Shown here: positions 33,475-37,386 of the stretch, piece after piece
Layout: every line of letters begins with the position of its first letter
How positions within the stretch are numbered: the stretch's first letter is position 1
Assembly (NCBI GenBank): GCA_041497675.1
Contig: JBGQGY010000021.1
Location: 1-37,386 of the forward strand
Source of the DNA: a bacterium
GTDB taxonomy: Bacteria; Sysuimicrobiota; Sysuimicrobiia; Sysuimicrobiales; Humicultoraceae
Length of the DNA: 37,386 bases
Reading direction: 5' to 3'
Position numbers and translations under genes: made by a program
The notes under the pieces: model-generated
What the model saw: the letters and a program-made list of their open reading frames with translations, nothing else
Database searches by the model: none
What the model was told of the DNA's origin: nothing

Positions 33475-33520
33475 CTGTACCACGACACGCCCACTGCACT
33501 CGAAGCGGCCGCGGAGCGAT

Positions 33521-34495
33521 CTAGCCCGTGGCCGCTTCCGCTTGCATGACCATATTGCCGCCGAGTAGTCGAGCCTGATCCCGAGCCCGCCGCACCGACT
33601 GCATCAGCTCGCGCGCGGTTTCGCCGTGCATCGGATACGCGCCAAGGCCGATGGAGACGGTCAACTCGGCCCCCGTGACGTCGGCGTCTACCGGTGAGGC
33701 CGCCGCAATCTCGAGACGAATCCGCTCGGCGACCATAAAGGCCGCCTCCAGGGACGTCTCGGGCATGGCGAGCCCGAACTCCGTTTCGTCGGTCCTGGCC
33801 TTCACGTCGAGATCGCGGGTAAATTCGCGCAGCGCGTCGGCCGTGATCTTGAGCGCCGCGGATGCGGCGAGCGTGCCGTAGCGCGCGTGATACTCCTCGA
33901 AGTGATCGATGTCGACAATGATGAGCGCGAATGCACGTTGGTACCGCGCGGCGCGCTTGACCTCAACCGTGAGGTGCTCCTCGAAGAACCGTGGAGTGAA
34001 CAGATCGGTGATGTCATCGTGTACAGCCTGGTCCACGAGCGACCGCTGCAGGCTCTCCACCTCTTGCTGGTGGGCGTTGGTGCGCTGCTCGGCGAGCGAC
34101 TGAAACTGTGTCACGAACTCCACGATAGTGAAATCGATCGCGTCGGTTAGACTCCGCAGGAGGATCAACCGATCCCCGTCGGCCGAGTCGATCTCCGTGC
34201 AGAACTCCTGGGCGAGATCACGGAAGACGATGAACCCTTGGACCACTTCCGCGGCGCCGAAGCCCATGTTGAGCCGCAACTGCGCTTCGCGGGCGATGAA
34301 CTCGCGGAGTTGGGCCGGGTCGTCCCTATCGAGGTAGACGATGAGCTCGGCCAGATACGAACGCCCCAGCCGCCGGAGTTCCTCCAGCGGCCGGTAGACA
34401 AACGCGGATGGACGGAGCCGTGACAGCGCCGAGGCCCAGGCGAGAGCAATCCGGTCCTGCTCGCGGTCGAGCAGGCTGGCCAGGCGGTGAGGCAC
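33521..34495 (-). CDS. RsbR-N-like helical domain fused to a degenerate GGDEF domain
   Basis: DDITDLFT, EVKRAARY, VDIDHF, RDLDVKARTDETEF, AERIR, TVSIG..YP; N-terminal region resembles RsbRD_N by eye. Confidence 0.85.
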   Translation of the reverse strand: MPHRLASLLDREQDRIALAWASALSRLRPSAFVYRPLEELRRLGRSYLAELIVYLDRDDPAQLREFIAREAQLRLNMGFGAAEVVQGFIVFRDLAQEFCTEIDSADGDRLILLRSLTDAIDFTIVEFVTQFQSLAEQRTNAHQQEVESLQRSLVDQAVHDDITDLFTPRFFEEHLTVEVKRAARYQRAFALIIVDIDHFEEYHARYGTLAASAALKITADALREFTRDLDVKARTDETEFGLAMPETSLEAAFMVAERIRLEIAAASPVDADVTGAELTVSIGLGAYPMHGETARELMQSVRRARDQARLLGGNMVMQAEAATG

Positions 34496-34511
34496 CGGGG
34501 CCGGGGGCCGG

Positions 34512-35138
34512 CTAGGGTTTCGGCTGCGGAACCTTGTCCCGCGGAAGCACGAACGTGTCGGCTGCCATCGTCACCCGAAGCTTGGGGAGTTCGGCCGGCG
34601 CAATCGCGACCTGCTTCAGCACGAGGAACCGCGGGAAGTTCTCCAGCCGGCCCAGAAATGCCATCAGATCTGCGTAGGTCCCCTCGAACGCCAGGTCCAG
34701 CCGGAATTGCTGGTACGGTGGCGCCTGGCCCGCAGGGGCGGCTTGCTGCGGCTGCTGCGGCCGTGGCTGGCCGGCGGCCGCGGGTGCGGCGCCAGCTTGT
34801 GTCGCACCAGGGCGCAACAGATTCAGCCGAATCCCAATCTCGCCGGCGGTGTCCTGCAGCTGCCGGATCAACGTCGGGATTTCGCGCTCCGGGGGCAGCC
34901 GGACTTCGATCAACTTGATACGCTCGGACAGCGTGGCGAACTCCTGCTCCTTTAAGGCCTTTGTAGCCGCAAGTGCCTGGAGCCCGCGCAGTTCGGTCTG
35001 CTGCTTCACGAGGTCGCGCCGCAACACGTCGATCCGCGCGCTCATGGGTGTGTACACGAACAGGTAGAATACGGCGACAATCGCCGCCACGCCGACCAGG
35101 ACGATCATCAGGCGCTCGCGGGCGGTCATGCCTCTCAT
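34512..35138 (-). CDS. pilO: Type IV pilus assembly protein PilO
   Basis: N-terminal TM, coiled coil, LPPEREIPTLI, FEGTYADLMAFLGRLENFPR; follows pilN. Confidence 0.9.
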   Translation of the reverse strand: MRGMTARERLMIVLVGVAAIVAVFYLFVYTPMSARIDVLRRDLVKQQTELRGLQALAATKALKEQEFATLSERIKLIEVRLPPEREIPTLIRQLQDTAGEIGIRLNLLRPGATQAGAAPAAAGQPRPQQPQQAAPAGQAPPYQQFRLDLAFEGTYADLMAFLGRLENFPRFLVLKQVAIAPAELPKLRVTMAADTFVLPRDKVPQPKP

Positions 35139-35698
35139 TGACGGCCACCCCCCGCCGCGGCCTGCGGTTTGAGGATGCGGGCCGTGATCTGGAAGCGCAC
35201 GATATCGTTACCTCCTACTTTCTCCGCCTGCGCGACCGTTAGATCCACCGATCGGAACAATTGCCCGCTGGTCAGATTATCCATCAGACGGGCAACCGCG
35301 TAGTAGTTGACCGCCATACCCTCCATGCTCAGCGACGACGGCTCCGGGACGTTGAGCGCAAGCGTCCACACGTCCTTGGGAATCAGCAGCCGCACTTCGT
35401 TGAGGATCGACGCGGCCGGCAGCTGTTGTTTGAGCAGATTCGACACCAGCTGCTCCTTGGTCTTCATGACGGCGATCTGCCGGTCGAGTTGCATGACCTG
35501 CTCGACTTCGGGCCGTAGCGCGTCGGCTTCCGCCTTCGCCTTGGCAATCGCCGCTTCCAGCCCATTGCGCTGGTTCATCAAGAACAACGATGCCAGCAGC
35601 GCCAGAACGACCGCCGCTACAGGCAGGCCAATTTCGACGATCGGCTTCCCTTGAAGGAGTCGCCGCGGTTGTTTTGGAAGAAGGTTAATCCGGATCAA
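35135..35698 (-). CDS. pilN: Type IV pilus assembly protein PilN
   Basis: IRINLLP motif, TM, coiled coil, IPKDVW. Confidence 0.92.
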   Translation of the reverse strand: MIRINLLPKQPRRLLQGKPIVEIGLPVAAVVLALLASLFLMNQRNGLEAAIAKAKAEADALRPEVEQVMQLDRQIAVMKTKEQLVSNLLKQQLPAASILNEVRLLIPKDVWTLALNVPEPSSLSMEGMAVNYYAVARLMDNLTSGQLFRSVDLTVAQAEKVGGNDIVRFQITARILKPQAAAGGGRQ

Positions 35699-36798
35699 GA
35701 GACATCACCCCCCCGCATGGCCAGCCCGACCGCGACCGCCATCGTCGACCCCATCGCGTCAAGGCGATCCTCTGGGAACGTCGTGCCCTGGACCTTGACG
35801 TTGACAAACGGCGACGCCACCGAGGTTTGCAATCCAAGTTCGGCGGCGATGGCCTTGTCGAGGTTGCGCAGGCGGGCCAAACCGCCCGCCAGAAGGATCT
35901 GGTTGACGACGGCCGCCCGGGAACGGGTCTGGAAGTAGTCGAGGGACCGGCGGATCTCTGTGATCAGATCCCCGATGTGCGGCGCGATAATGTCATGGAG
36001 GCGTTCGGCCGTGGCGTCGTGTGCGCCGCTGCCTTCCTCCAGCACTTCGCCTTTCTCCTCGAGGAGGGTCCGAGCGGTTGTCGCATCGACCTCCATCGCG
36101 TCGCGGATCGCGGCCACGAGTGCGGCGCCTCCGATCGGAATGTTGCGGGTGAACCGCAGGCGGGTGCCCTCGGTGATCAGAATGTCGGACGCTTCGGCGC
36201 CGAAGTCGACGATCGCCGTGGTTTGCCCGTTGGCGCTCATCGGCACGACAGACCGCAGCAGCGCGAACGATTCGACGTCCAGGATCCTCAGCTGCACCCG
36301 CGCGGCGTCGGCCACCGCGACGATCTGGTCGACCACGTCCTGTCGGGCCGCGGCCACCATGACGTCGAGCATCTTGCGGCCTTCTTCGACGGCCTCGCCG
36401 AGGACCTGATAGTCCATGTAGACTTCCTTGATGTTGTACGGGAGGTACCGCTCGGCCTCGTAGCGGACGGCCGCCGTCAGTTCCTGTTTGGTCATCGGTG
36501 GCACCCGGACTTCGCGCACCGTGACGGCCTGCCCGCCCACCGCCATGATCGCCCGGTCCATCCGGATGCCCGTGCGATCCAGCAGCGCCCGGACGTGGCT
36601 ACCCAGTTCCTCCGGGGCGACGGGGACGCCGTCGCGGATCGCCGAGGATGGACTCGGCGCGGTCCCCATTCTGAGCAGGCGAAACCCGTTGCGGTAGCCG
36701 CCGGCGACCTCAACAACCTTGATGGCGTCACTGCCGATGTCGATGCCAACGTGCGATTGGGGGGTAGAAGAAAAGAGAGCCATTGGCGCGATGCTCAC
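35695..36798 (-). CDS. pilM: Type IV pilus assembly protein PilM
   Basis: VGIDIGSDAIKVVE, EAERYLPY, VDFGA, EIRRSLDYF, AVGLAMR; AGGAGG RBS. Confidence 0.95.
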   Translation of the reverse strand: MSIAPMALFSSTPQSHVGIDIGSDAIKVVEVAGGYRNGFRLLRMGTAPSPSSAIRDGVPVAPEELGSHVRALLDRTGIRMDRAIMAVGGQAVTVREVRVPPMTKQELTAAVRYEAERYLPYNIKEVYMDYQVLGEAVEEGRKMLDVMVAAARQDVVDQIVAVADAARVQLRILDVESFALLRSVVPMSANGQTTAIVDFGAEASDILITEGTRLRFTRNIPIGGAALVAAIRDAMEVDATTARTLLEEKGEVLEEGSGAHDATAERLHDIIAPHIGDLITEIRRSLDYFQTRSRAAVVNQILLAGGLARLRNLDKAIAAELGLQTSVASPFVNVKVQGTTFPEDRLDAMGSTMAVAVGLAMRGGDVS

Positions 36799-36859
36799 CG
36801 TCCTCCTGCATGGAATCTGTACAGGCGGCCGGCTCCGCCTATCCTCATGTTTCTGTGAC

Positions 36860-36886
36860 CTTCGCAGTTCGAAACGAAAACCCTGC
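36860..36886 (-). promoter_or_regulatory. SigH-like promoter of pilMNO (imperfect)
   Basis: GCAGGG-ttttcgtttcgaactgc(17)-GAAG. Confidence 0.5.
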
Positions 36887-36893
36887 TGAGCGA

Positions 36894-37385
36894 TTACGGC
36901 TGGATCGTGACCCTCCCAAACGCTTCGACCACGATCTGGCGGGTGGCTCCCCCGCTGCTTCGAATCGTCACCGACCCAGCACTAGCATTCCCAAATGGGC
37001 CCATCGTGAGGACATTTGGGGGCCCCGGGCTGAAGGACACCAGGTCGATCCCGTTCGGCATCCGCCGGCTCACCGTATCGCCCACGACCTCGCCGATGGT
37101 CGGCGATGCATCCCAGGCTGTGGTGTCGTCGCACGTGGCGCTCGACCCACCCGACCCCGCGGTCACGACACCGTTGTACCGGCGGATCGTATACGTCTCG
37201 GCCGCCGGATCGAAATCGGCCCGGTAGCACGTACGCTCGGTGCGGGCCCGCTGCTCGATCATGCGGAGGTCGGTTTCGATCTTACGGGCCATCCCCGTCA
37301 AATTGCGGTCGCCGATCGCGCTCCGTCCGTTAAACGCGAGCGTCAGCGCCAGACCCAGGATCGCCAGGACCACCAGCATTTCCAT
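36894..37385 (-). CDS. Minor pilin/pseudopilin, GspH/FimT-like (5' end outside the window)
   Basis: (M)EMLVVLAILGLALTLAF with Glu5 and hydrophobic helix; C-terminal AGSVTI...IVV..FGRV. Confidence 0.85.
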   Translation of the reverse strand: MEMLVVLAILGLALTLAFNGRSAIGDRNLTGMARKIETDLRMIEQRARTERTCYRADFDPAAETYTIRRYNGVVTAGSGGSSATCDDTTAWDASPTIGEVVGDTVSRRMPNGIDLVSFSPGPPNVLTMGPFGNASAGSVTIRSSGGATRQIVVEAFGRVTIQP

Positions 37386-37386
37386 C

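Overview
High-GC bacterial chromosomal window, almost all on the minus strand. From right to left it holds: (1) a type IV pilus cluster (partial minor pilin, pilM-pilN-pilO, a degenerate GGDEF protein, a divergent exported protein, pilD, pilP-like, AMIN-domain secretin pilQ, a TPR protein and a lipoprotein); (2) a Firmicutes-like housekeeping run (pepP, efp, nusB, acyP, ispA, tlyA, nadK, recN, pyrG, ilvE, nudF, xerD, deoB, punA, pdp); (3) an acyl-CoA cluster (hbd, acyl-CoA dehydrogenase, etfBA, FadF-type Fe-S membrane oxidoreductase, two-subunit B12 mutase with isobutyryl-CoA mutase signature residues), interrupted by a four-gene plus-strand module containing a PrsW-like protein with substituted catalytic residues and a trypsin-like protease; (4) trmI, an SRPBCC protein and a partial DegT aminotransferase. 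Firmicutes-like synteny plus a secretin suggests a diderm Terrabacteria organism (inference). Best leads: a repeated SigH-like promoter motif in front of pilus units, an I-site-intact but catalytically degenerate GGDEF protein inside the pil cluster, the pseudo-PrsW module, and a long structured RNA candidate between efp and nusB. No rRNA, tRNA, CRISPR array or mobile element was seen.
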